The notes beneath the pieces are model-generated. The model did no database searches, was not told the DNA's origin, and saw nothing but the letters and a program-made list of their open reading frames with translations. From a virus, in IMG/VR virus record IMGVR_UViG_3300010224_000001, positions 96,001 through 160,000 of that record: a stretch of DNA of 64,000 nt; one strand, 5' to 3'. A program made the position numbers and the translations under genes. Shown here one piece after another: positions 39,343-47,729 of the stretch (positions are counted from its first letter, which is position 1; each line of letters begins with the position of its first letter).

Positions 39343-39540
39343 TTAATACCAGCCGTAGTCACCATGACCAGCAGCTTGGTTCCAGCCATCGTTCCAAGCG
39401 CTCGCCATTGCGTCATCCTTACCGATGTAGGGATTCTTACGGTAGTAGTAGCGATAATCGCTCTGGCCTTGTTTACGTGCTTCGTTGAGACGCATTTCGC
39501 GTTGAGTCATGTGAACGCCGTCGATAAAGTGCATTGTCAT
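39343..39540 (-). CDS. Rmf/CrpP-fold-like small protein
   Basis: ARKQG...NPY.......AWNDGWNQA matches the Rmf pattern G...CPY...W..GW..A. Confidence 0.5.
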   Translation of the reverse strand: MTMHFIDGVHMTQREMRLNEARKQGQSDYRYYYRKNPYIGKDDAMASAWNDGWNQAAGHGDYGWY

Positions 39541-39552
39541 GTTACAGTCCTT

Positions 39553-39762
39553 TCAAGTTTTAAAGTTGTTGAGCATCTTTTTGACATCTTCATCGGTGAG
39601 TGGAGTACCATCTCGCCGTTTAAATTGGGTATTGCATTTAATACATTTATAAGTACCGTCGCCATTCTCGGCGCAACTGATGCCTAGTTCAAATATCTTA
39701 AAAGTGGAACCACATTCGCACATTGGAATGTCCAAAACTGTTTTTGACGATCCTTTCGCCAT
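39553..39762 (-). CDS. zinc-ribbon protein
   Basis: CECG...CIKC. Confidence 0.65.
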   Translation of the reverse strand: MAKGSSKTVLDIPMCECGSTFKIFELGISCAENGDGTYKCIKCNTQFKRRDGTPLTDEDVKKMLNNFKT

Positions 39763-39773
39763 GACGATTCCTT

Positions 39774-40694
39774 TCAGTGTTTATTGAAGCGTTCTATTGC
39801 CCACGCACATTTGGAAATAAAACGTTTCTTGTTCTGACGCAGCCAAGCACCGAATGGTTTAACTGGATGCCATAACACATTCTTACGACGCCCAGCCCAC
39901 AGACGAATATTCATCGTACCGAACGAGCCGTTCTTATCAAACCCATCAGCAGTATGGCCGTAGTAGTGCTTGTTGCGATCTTCCTCCGCCACATGCTCAC
40001 CTTGACCGCCAATATCCACTACAGTGCGACCGGCATGCAAGAGAATGGTAGCCCACATGTTTTCATGGTGACCATCCCAGCCTTTGTGGTAATACGCATC
40101 GATGGTGTCGAGTGCTTCTGCACTAACGCGATAAAACGGTAAGAAGATCAACCAGTTGTTATCGGCATCGCAACCAGGGGTATAACGACGCGCAGAGTAA
40201 GTCCAGTCATCATAACCCCGCGCCAGGTGCGTCGCAAGCAGATCACCTTTACGTTTGCTGAGGTCTTTGAACAGATTAGCTGGATCGCCCGAATATTCCA
40301 CATCGTCTTCCAAGAACCAGTAGTTCTCAAATTGCGGCTGGATCTTACGGAACAGGATTGTGATCAGATCACTGTTACCTGGAATCAGACTAAATGGACG
40401 AGCCGCACCTTTATTCGGATAACCCAGCGTCTCAATCGCATCCACACCCAAAACGTAATAATCGAGGATCGCGCCACCCACGTCGATGCGTTTATACTGC
40501 GTCTTAGCTTTACCGTCAAACGTCACTACAACAAAGGAATTATAGGGCTGCGCTTTGAGGAAGGCTGCCCGGAATCGCAACATACGCTTTCGAGCGAGCT
40601 TGACGTCAGTGGTGATGTACAGTAGAACGTCTGGTTTTGCTTGCTGTTGAACAGGGATAAGGCGTGCGATTTCAAACAGATCTTCAAAATTCAT
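39774..40694 (-). CDS. putative GT-A fold glycosyltransferase (DUF3405-like)
   Basis: YWFLEDDVEYSG (ExD/DxD-like metal motif), FLPFYRVS, GHHE..W.T; AGGAGG RBS. Confidence 0.5.
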   Translation of the reverse strand: MNFEDLFEIARLIPVQQQAKPDVLLYITTDVKLARKRMLRFRAAFLKAQPYNSFVVVTFDGKAKTQYKRIDVGGAILDYYVLGVDAIETLGYPNKGAARPFSLIPGNSDLITILFRKIQPQFENYWFLEDDVEYSGDPANLFKDLSKRKGDLLATHLARGYDDWTYSARRYTPGCDADNNWLIFLPFYRVSAEALDTIDAYYHKGWDGHHENMWATILLHAGRTVVDIGGQGEHVAEEDRNKHYYGHTADGFDKNGSFGTMNIRLWAGRRKNVLWHPVKPFGAWLRQNKKRFISKCAWAIERFNKH

Positions 40695-40706
40695 GATACC
40701 TCCTAA

Positions 40707-40964
40707 TTAGTACATGAAGTATTTCGGATGCGCCATTGCACGTCCTACTAATGCAGTGTCGACTTCCGGATTGGATTTCAGACGTAAACCAGTTGATTCG
40801 CCGTAGACCTTTACGTCTTCTGGTTCGAAGTGGCAAAAGCCAGCACTCTTGACTTCGACGAAAACGCTTGCTAGGTTGACATGCTTGATGGTTTCAGAAC
40901 CCACAGCAGCTTCCAGCTCGCCATCGTGGGTTAATCCGACTACGTATTTTGATTTGGTGAACAT
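40707..40964 (-). CDS. hypothetical protein
   Basis: ORF with AAGGA RBS. Confidence 0.65.
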   Translation of the reverse strand: MFTKSKYVVGLTHDGELEAAVGSETIKHVNLASVFVEVKSAGFCHFEPEDVKVYGESTGLRLKSNPEVDTALVGRAMAHPKYFMY

Positions 40965-40990
40965 GCGCTTCCTTAGTTATTCTTGAGGGA

Positions 40991-41548
40991 TTATAGGTGT
41001 TCGTAAGAAACCAGCACCGGTTCTGCTACCGGTTCCTCATAACGGACAACACGAAGCATAACCAAGGGACTGTGCTCAAACACATTACTTTTTGTAGGTG
41101 GTTCGCCTTCGAAATTGAAGAATTGTTGATATGCTCGTTGGGCTGCAACGTTGTCACTCTTCCAGACGCAGTCAATTAAATCGAGCAAACGATGAAAAGG
41201 TTTAGTTGCAGCTTCCATATGCAGTTCATGAAACTTAATGATATTTTCACAAACATCACGCATTTCATACACGTCATCGGGAGTTGCTTGATAATTGGGA
41301 TGAAATGGGTTGGTGGTGAAATCAGGATTGGTACGGTGAGCGGCTTCGTATTTCAGAGCCAGTTGAATAGAAGCGACCACTTTGCTGGCTTCTTCCACAG
41401 TTGCATAGGTTTTAGGCTTACAAGCAGGTGCCGTCTCCGCATAAGCGTCGAGGCGATCACCATTCGGAAACCATACATGTGGACATACAAACATCGGCAT
41501 CAGTTTAGTGTTTTGCGTAGTGTAGGAATCGATCTGGATAGCGTACAT
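40991..41548 (-). CDS. hypothetical protein
   Basis: ATG at 41548 preceded by AAGGA. Confidence 0.65.
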   Translation of the reverse strand: MYAIQIDSYTTQNTKLMPMFVCPHVWFPNGDRLDAYAETAPACKPKTYATVEEASKVVASIQLALKYEAAHRTNPDFTTNPFHPNYQATPDDVYEMRDVCENIIKFHELHMEAATKPFHRLLDLIDCVWKSDNVAAQRAYQQFFNFEGEPPTKSNVFEHSPLVMLRVVRYEEPVAEPVLVSYEHL

Positions 41549-41639
41549 GGTGTTTTCCTTATTGATTATTAAACAAAGCTTCCTAACTAGCATCCTATTG
41601 CTAAGACGCTAGTGAGTGACTTTTAGTTATTTTTCGATA

Positions 41640-41780
41640 TCAGTGTTCGTTTACGATCGATTTGATATCCCAGTCGGTCGCCTTCGTATCTTTCTTGAAG
41701 AGTTCTAAAGCTTCGACCAATTCCATTTGCCGCGGTGCTTTCCACACGGTTCCGTTGTAGAGCGTAATTGTCCAGAGCAT
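41640..41780 (-). CDS. small hypothetical protein (46 aa, not in ORF track)
   Basis: MLWTITLYNGTVWKAPRQMELVEALELFKKDTKATDWDIKSIVNEH; AAAGGA RBS; fills an operon gap. Confidence 0.55.
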   Translation of the reverse strand: MLWTITLYNGTVWKAPRQMELVEALELFKKDTKATDWDIKSIVNEH

Positions 41781-41827
41781 TTCTTTTTATCCTTTCAAAG
41801 AAAAAATGTTATTCCAGGCCGATTTCC

Positions 41828-42109
41828 TTATTTGAGCCCGTGCATCAGTTTATACATCGGACCCGCATTGACTTGAATGCTTTCAAATGGATTACCGTGA
41901 GTATCACATTGTGCTTCAGCCGCAGCCTTACGGAAACGATTGGTTTCCTCCTGAGCACGGCGATCAGCCCATTCCTTACCATGCTTCATATTCGTTTTGT
42001 AAGCATCGCCACCGACTTGATGGCTTATCCATTCCTGACGAATCTTCGAAAGGTTAGCGCGCTTACGTTCAATCGCTTCCTTCTGTTTCTGTTCTTTAGT
42101 TTTGGCCAT
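41828..42109 (-). CDS. hypothetical basic protein
   Basis: ATG at 42109 preceded by AAGGA. Confidence 0.65.
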   Translation of the reverse strand: MAKTKEQKQKEAIERKRANLSKIRQEWISHQVGGDAYKTNMKHGKEWADRRAQEETNRFRKAAAEAQCDTHGNPFESIQVNAGPMYKLMHGLK

Positions 42110-42122
42110 ACTAGTTCCTTTG

Positions 42123-42989
42123 TTATTTATTGGTCTTTGGTTTCTTGAACGGAGGTTTCCAGCCTTTGAGGTCAGTGCCGAGTTGAATGCCCATGCGCTG
42201 CAGCTTCTGCACAATGACAGCCGCAAACACGTGTGCAACGCCTTTCTTTTCCAGTTCTTCACGGGTGAGTTTAGCCAAGTCGCCCACGTAGTACAAACCC
42301 TTCTTATTAAGATCGTTGATCAGGTATGTAGGGAAGCTAGCTTCCAGCAGAGTCTTATCGTAAGCGGTTTGACCCGTACCACCGACAGCTTTGTCTTCTT
42401 CGGAAGGAATCTTCCAGTCAGGGAATCGGCTATTGAGAACAATACCGAATTCGTGCAACGTATCGCAAACCTGAGCGATACTCTTTTCGCCCACACCACT
42501 GATCTGACGCAGTTGATCGACGGTCATTTGAGCGATCTGGCCGATGTAAACGATTTTGTGGTTAAACAATAGCGCACTGACACGATGATTCAAATTGGTG
42601 TCCACAAGTTTAAGGTCGAGGATATTTTTCAATCCCTTCTTGCTCTTGCGGCCTGCCGGAATCGATTTGTCTTCGACTTTTTCCTCCACATGCTCGTAAG
42701 CCGGGTTGGCGGTTTGGATAGGCAGGAACGCAACGCCTATGTTAAACCCGAGTATTTTTGCTACTGGCACGAACTCTTCCCAGCTGAGATGAGGTTGAAT
42801 CAACGTCATTTTGATCTGAGTGATAATATTCTCACGATCTTTATCGGTGTAGAAATCGCCTTTGAAACTTTGTTCAACATGCGACTTAATTAGAAGATTA
42901 AACTGTGCTTTAGACAAGCTGAGGCCGGTGATGAACTGTTCCAACACTGCTGCCAAGCTGCCGTCATTGATCATGATGTCATTGCTCAT
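42123..42989 (-). CDS. protein with two tandem RNA polymerase alpha-CTD-like domains
   Basis: NLNHRVSALLFNHKIVYIGQIAQMTVDQLRQISGVGEKSIAQVCDTL and LNKKGLYYVGDL...GIQLGTDLKGWKPP resemble the RpoA C-terminus. Confidence 0.75.
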   Translation of the reverse strand: MSNDIMINDGSLAAVLEQFITGLSLSKAQFNLLIKSHVEQSFKGDFYTDKDRENIITQIKMTLIQPHLSWEEFVPVAKILGFNIGVAFLPIQTANPAYEHVEEKVEDKSIPAGRKSKKGLKNILDLKLVDTNLNHRVSALLFNHKIVYIGQIAQMTVDQLRQISGVGEKSIAQVCDTLHEFGIVLNSRFPDWKIPSEEDKAVGGTGQTAYDKTLLEASFPTYLINDLNKKGLYYVGDLAKLTREELEKKGVAHVFAAVIVQKLQRMGIQLGTDLKGWKPPFKKPKTNK

Positions 42990-43073
42990 TTTGTTTATTC
43001 CCTTCTTGTGGTTAAAAAATAAAGTTTCCTCGATAACACACCCCGATGTTCCGGGGTGCGCTATCAAGTTGCT

Positions 43074-44927
43074 TTATTCGGCAAAGTTAGTAGCGTCACC
43101 GAAGCCGTAGGTTTCGAGTTCGATAGCGATCTCTTGCACCATGGTTGCGGAGAAGTCTTTGCCTTTGATACGGTAGGTAGCCGAGAACAGGTTGGTGTTC
43201 TCATCGCTAACCGGAACCGTGCGAGCGTCGCCGAAGCCGTGAGCTTTCAGTTTAGCGTGCAGAGTGCGCGCTTCTTCCATCGACATCGAGATGTCTTTGA
43301 CTTGCACAACGAACTTCAGGTACTTACCACCGGCCAGGTTCGGAGTAGCCGGTTTGGCTTCAGGAGTGGTCGTGGTATTGGTTTTGGTCATGGTTGCCTT
43401 TTCATCTTTCGGAGTGTTGATAATGCCAGCTTCACGCGCTGCGTTAGCTGCGATCATTGCGCCAGGCGTGTTAGCTTTCTTGGCAGCTGCGTCCATCACA
43501 TCGGCCAGCATGTCGCGACCTTGTTCGGTAGCGCCAATTTGACGGATGGTTTCTTCGCTAGCTTTGAGAAGGTCGTCACGCGCCCCTTTCAGCGTCGCGC
43601 CGAGCGGAGCCACAGCGCCACCTTTATTGACATGATCCATGTCAGCCGCGATCTGTTTAGCCAGCCCGTGGATTTCAGGCGAAACGAACGGCGTTTTGAC
43701 CGGCTCATTCAGAGTTGCGGCCACAGGAGCTTGCGGTTGCAGGTTCGGCAGTTCTTCCTGTTTCGCTTCGGCAGCTTTCGTTTCGACCACCGGTGCTGCA
43801 TTCGGATCAACCGGACGAGCCACATCGCGTTTCAGGCGATACTTGAAAGAACGAGTACCTTCCATCTTCTCGCGTTCGAACCAGTCGTGGTCCAGGTGCA
43901 GTTTCGAAATCCGCACTTGGGTCGACTTCGGATTAAAGCCGAGATCCGACAACAGCAGGCCGACGTCTTGCGCCGTGTACTGCTTGAAGTCGCGCATCAT
44001 CTTCCAGATAGCCAGGTCCCAGCTATCGCCTTTGCGCACTACCAGATCCTCTTCCAGCGGTGTCAGAGGCAGGACTTGCTTGGCAGGCGTTTGCTCTTGC
44101 ATCGTTTCCTCCTTCACTTGGTGGGTTTGAGTTACAGCCGGAGCGTTCGTATTGACGACACGGTCCGAATAGTCCTTCTCATTACGCGAATGGAAGGTAG
44201 TGGTCGAATTGACCTTGATTTCATTTGCCGGAGTCTTGACTTCTTGATTCTCCGGTTTCGGGAACGGAATGTTCTTCTTGAGAGCATACTTGGTTTTATT
44301 CCCGGTTCCAGTACGGTCGTACCAGTGCTTGTTCGCCAGGAAGATCACCCGATCCCTGACGATGTGCGGTGCGAATCCGAACGTTCTAGCCAGTTCCCCG
44401 ATTTCATCCAGGGACCTATTCTTGCGATCACGCGTGAGTTTCCACAGCGTGCAGTCGAGCCCTTCAGCCGGATCGACCTTCGCCATCGGATCGTATTGCG
44501 AGATCGGCGCCGAGGCAGCGCGTTGTTTGTAATGACGGAAACCTTGTTCTTTTTGGTTATTATTGGGCATTTCTACACCTTTCTTCATGGAGTAAATCGG
44601 ATTCTCAGGACGACCGGTCGTGAGGAAGTAACCGCTGTTATGCAACAGCTTGAGCATTGTAACGACATCTTCGCTTGGGACGAGATGGATTTCGAATACA
44701 CGCTCAACTTCACTTGCTGTACGACCTTTGTAGTCGGCCATGACGCGCCAAATGTTTTCTAATGTGTCACCCTCCGGATCAAGTTGAATCGAGCTGGTCG
44801 GTGCCTTGGGCGCAACCGATACCAACGTAGCGGGCTTCTTGTTTTCTTTCAACAAGCTACCCAATTGGGATAAGTCCTTGATTACTGCTCCTGGACCGTT
44901 CTTATTGTCTTTTTTGGCTGACATCAC
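43074..44927 (-). CDS. protein with three repeated winged-helix-like domains
   Basis: IWRVMADYKGRTASEV / LWKLTRDRKNRSLDEI / IWKMMRDFKQYTAQDV, each ending Y.[ML]K. Confidence 0.65.
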   Translation of the reverse strand: MMSAKKDNKNGPGAVIKDLSQLGSLLKENKKPATLVSVAPKAPTSSIQLDPEGDTLENIWRVMADYKGRTASEVERVFEIHLVPSEDVVTMLKLLHNSGYFLTTGRPENPIYSMKKGVEMPNNNQKEQGFRHYKQRAASAPISQYDPMAKVDPAEGLDCTLWKLTRDRKNRSLDEIGELARTFGFAPHIVRDRVIFLANKHWYDRTGTGNKTKYALKKNIPFPKPENQEVKTPANEIKVNSTTTFHSRNEKDYSDRVVNTNAPAVTQTHQVKEETMQEQTPAKQVLPLTPLEEDLVVRKGDSWDLAIWKMMRDFKQYTAQDVGLLLSDLGFNPKSTQVRISKLHLDHDWFEREKMEGTRSFKYRLKRDVARPVDPNAAPVVETKAAEAKQEELPNLQPQAPVAATLNEPVKTPFVSPEIHGLAKQIAADMDHVNKGGAVAPLGATLKGARDDLLKASEETIRQIGATEQGRDMLADVMDAAAKKANTPGAMIAANAAREAGIINTPKDEKATMTKTNTTTTPEAKPATPNLAGGKYLKFVVQVKDISMSMEEARTLHAKLKAHGFGDARTVPVSDENTNLFSATYRIKGKDFSATMVQEIAIELETYGFGDATNFAE

Positions 44928-44987
44928 ACTCCCTGCGATAAAAAGTACATGTGATAGTTATTCACAATGGTACGGACTAGAAACTTC

Positions 44988-45674
44988 TTAGATCAACTCG
45001 ACCTTGACATGCGTGAAGCCCAACAGCTTTGCGCAGAACAGGTAGTTGCTGTACGACATTTTCTTATCGATAAAGACCTTCATGATTTCGCTGTGTTTCG
45101 ACCACCGCTGGATGTCGTCGTTGCGAGCATTGACAACCAGTTCTTCTTCCAGACGGTCCTTGAATGCGTCGGTAGTAATGTGAAGACGCAACAGCATGGT
45201 TAAGAAAGCTTGGCCCCAGAACGAGTCCTGATCAACTTCATGACCAAGCGTCCACTCGATCGGTTGTTCTACCGAGTAACGACCAGGAATTTCCTCCTTC
45301 TTGTGAATGGGTTCTTCGAGTTTCAGGAGATTCTTGAAGAAGTTTGACAGTTCCGTCGCTGTCAGCGTAGCCACCAAGCCGTTGATGAAATCCACAGCTT
45401 GTTCCAGGTCCGACGACATTTGCTGACGGACAACTGTTTCGACGAGGTCGGTAAATTGCTCGTCTTCCGATTTCCCTTTGAGGAACTCTTCTTCTGCGCT
45501 GAGAATGCAACGCATGTAGAACTTGAAACGGCTGATGGTTTCCGACGGGATCACTTGATCCACCGAAGCTTTCAGAGCGATGACTGCCTTTTCGACGGCA
45601 GCTTCGACCTTCATCATGTCGTCGTTAATTTTCGTCATATCGCTATTGGCCAGAGCTACCAAATTTTTGTCCAT
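44988..45674 (-). CDS. hypothetical protein
   Basis: ORF with AAGGA RBS; C-terminal domain related to 3650..4144. Confidence 0.7.
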   Translation of the reverse strand: MDKNLVALANSDMTKINDDMMKVEAAVEKAVIALKASVDQVIPSETISRFKFYMRCILSAEEEFLKGKSEDEQFTDLVETVVRQQMSSDLEQAVDFINGLVATLTATELSNFFKNLLKLEEPIHKKEEIPGRYSVEQPIEWTLGHEVDQDSFWGQAFLTMLLRLHITTDAFKDRLEEELVVNARNDDIQRWSKHSEIMKVFIDKKMSYSNYLFCAKLLGFTHVKVELI

Positions 45675-45698
45675 TTTACTTTTCCTTGTAATTGATTA

Positions 45699-45995
45699 TT
45701 AGAAGAAGAACCAACGTTTTACTGCACGATCCACCAGCACTACCGGCAGATCCACCTCATCGGCGATCTGTTCGATAGTTTGCAGGTTACCCTGATGATT
45801 GAGCATGCTCACCATCTCATCGAGACGGAAGCGTTTACCTGCCAGCAAGAGCTTACGCAGATTCTCTGCGCGTTCCTTGCGTTTCTGTTCAGCCTGTTCT
45901 TTGGCATCCATGAAGAAGATACCGAAGGTGACTTTGGCGACACCGCTAATTACGTCTGCTAGCGGATTGTTTTCGTAATTATCTTTCGTACCCAT
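45699..45995 (-). CDS. hypothetical protein (possible C-terminal HTH)
   Basis: AGGAG RBS; TIEQIADEVDLPVVLVDR. Confidence 0.65.
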   Translation of the reverse strand: MGTKDNYENNPLADVISGVAKVTFGIFFMDAKEQAEQKRKERAENLRKLLLAGKRFRLDEMVSMLNHQGNLQTIEQIADEVDLPVVLVDRAVKRWFFF

Positions 45996-46052
45996 ATTGT
46001 ACTCCTGCTAGGTAATAATTTAAAGGGGTAACTCGAAGATGCGAATATGCGA

Positions 46053-46274
46053 TTATTTTTTATCGATCGATTCGAGGAAACTGTTGATAGATTGCGAGCT
46101 TTGTTGCATACGTGACAGAATGCCTTGAGTCCTTTCCAAGTACTCACGATTGGCTTCAATCATGCGGTGATTGGTTTCGATCATACGTTGCTGGATCGTA
46201 CTGATGTTACCCAGAGCTTCGGAAGCATTTTGGGTATCTTTGATTTTGTTACGCCAGCCATTAAAAATACTCAT
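46053..46274 (-). CDS. small coiled-coil hypothetical protein
   Basis: GGGAG RBS. Confidence 0.6.
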   Translation of the reverse strand: MSIFNGWRNKIKDTQNASEALGNISTIQQRMIETNHRMIEANREYLERTQGILSRMQQSSQSINSFLESIDKK

Positions 46275-46346
46275 TCGAACTCCCTTGAAGATGCGAACAT
46301 AAGAGATGCATTGGAGAAGGCTTTCGCCCTCTCCAATGCATTCTTA

Positions 46347-46700
46347 CTAGAATGGTAAGATGGTAAACACTTTACCAAGGAATTGGTATAACAATATCCC
46401 TTCAGCAAAGAGCATGATGCTCATGGTAATTCGCCAACGTGGATAAGATATCCAGACGTCACTGGCAAACCAGAAGCATGTTGCAAGAAGTAATAGCGCG
46501 CCCATGTCAGAGAAGTCTTGACTGGTAGTCACACGTTCTGGTGGTAAGAGACCCCATAGATACTCCCGCATGGGAAGTGGGAAGAATCCGTAGATAGTAA
46601 CTAAGAAGCCATCTGTGCCAAAACAGAATAGCCATACAGAGCTACCAAACGATAGAACAGCTAAGACAAGGTCAGAAAACACTACACGTAATGCACTCAT
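46347..46700 (-). CDS. membrane protein
   Basis: several hydrophobic segments; AGGGG RBS. Confidence 0.6.
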   Translation of the reverse strand: MSALRVVFSDLVLAVLSFGSSVWLFCFGTDGFLVTIYGFFPLPMREYLWGLLPPERVTTSQDFSDMGALLLLATCFWFASDVWISYPRWRITMSIMLFAEGILLYQFLGKVFTILPF

Positions 46701-46747
46701 CGCTATTACCCCTTTTGCAACATGGAAGAATTAGTCGATCAACTGTA

Positions 46748-47233
46748 TTACCAGTCTTGTTCAGCAAAACCTTTGTTCTGCAACCACTGAGCGATTGCGG
46801 GATAGTTTCGGATCTTATCCCAATCGGTGTGAGCGATTGTTTTAGCGCCTTTATAATCACCCCAGAGAATCTCAGCAGCGACTTGACGCACGCAGCTTAC
46901 ACCACGACCGTCATTTTCGTTTTCTTGCAGCTTTGTCAGCTCGTAAGACAGCTCGATGTGTTCTTTGATACCACGCAGCTTCTCGAGATTGCGAATGTCG
47001 AAGCATGCTAACGCACTGCCGTGAATACCTGGATTAGCGATCAGGTAGGGATGCTCTTTGATGGAATCCCAGATGTCTTGACATTCGAAGAAAACTGGAT
47101 TACCATCTCGCGGCCATCCTTTTTGAAGTCTGACTGCTTCAGCGGGAGTGGTGCCGCCACATTGTAAACGAAACACTTCTTCGCTAGTAAGGGCGCCGTT
47201 TCTTTGCAACTCCGCCGTTTTCTTACTATCCAT
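46748..47233 (-). CDS. hypothetical protein
   Basis: ATG at 47233 preceded by AAGGAG. Confidence 0.65.
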   Translation of the reverse strand: MDSKKTAELQRNGALTSEEVFRLQCGGTTPAEAVRLQKGWPRDGNPVFFECQDIWDSIKEHPYLIANPGIHGSALACFDIRNLEKLRGIKEHIELSYELTKLQENENDGRGVSCVRQVAAEILWGDYKGAKTIAHTDWDKIRNYPAIAQWLQNKGFAEQDW

Positions 47234-47411
47234 CTTGTTCTCCTTTGATGATATCTGCTTCAAGTTTATTAAGACTGGCGAGATCATTCTGGATAATGAA
47301 GTCAGCAGCCAAACCTTTTTGAACAACCGTTACGTTCGGAGCGCGAATGATGCGATGAAGTACCGCGGCAAAATCACGCGGTACAGGAATCGACTGGATT
47401 ACAGCCATCAC
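47226..47411 (-). CDS. small hypothetical protein
   Basis: GAGG RBS; overlaps next gene start. Confidence 0.55.
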   Translation of the reverse strand: MMAVIQSIPVPRDFAAVLHRIIRAPNVTVVQKGLAADFIIQNDLASLNKLEADIIKGEQDG

Positions 47412-47418
47412 CCACCTC

Positions 47419-47574
47419 TTAGTTGAAGAAGCGGATCAAGGTCCAGACGCAGCCAGCCAGGATCGGCAGCGAGACAATCCAGGTGATCTTAGCATCGCTC
47501 TTCTCACGATTAGCGACTGCGATATTTTTAGCGATGTTCGATTCGTTGAAATTGTTTTGACGGTATTGGTTCAT
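47419..47574 (-). CDS. small membrane protein, first gene after putative early promoter
   Basis: ATG at 47574 with AAGGA; C-terminal TM helix. Confidence 0.6.
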   Translation of the reverse strand: MNQYRQNNFNESNIAKNIAVANREKSDAKITWIVSLPILAGCVWTLIRFFN

Positions 47575-47639
47575 GATGTTTCCTTTACTTGTAATTGATA
47601 AGAGAATTAGTTTGAATGCATTCTTGCTCCATTTCAATC

Positions 47640-47660
47640 TAGTTATATATACCTGAAAAA
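47640..47660 (-). promoter_or_regulatory. putative early phage promoter driving the accessory block
   Basis: minus strand TTTTTCAGGTATATATAACTA, near-identical to the motif at 63030..63050. Confidence 0.6.
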
Positions 47661-47676
47661 ATCTAGCTCCATATGG

Positions 47677-47729
47677 ACGTCATAAAGCCTTAACCTAGCC
47701 CTCGTAAGAGAGCCAGGTTAAGTATGACT
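47677..47729. terminator. stem-loop (CATA...TATG family) separating the structural operon from the accessory block
   Basis: ACGTCATAAAGCCTTAACCT...AGGTTAAGTATGAC. Confidence 0.65.

Noticed and set aside
43056-44762. 568 aa ORF on the + strand
   Set aside because: Fully antisense to the 617 aa repeat protein, unnatural composition; a shadow ORF from codon bias
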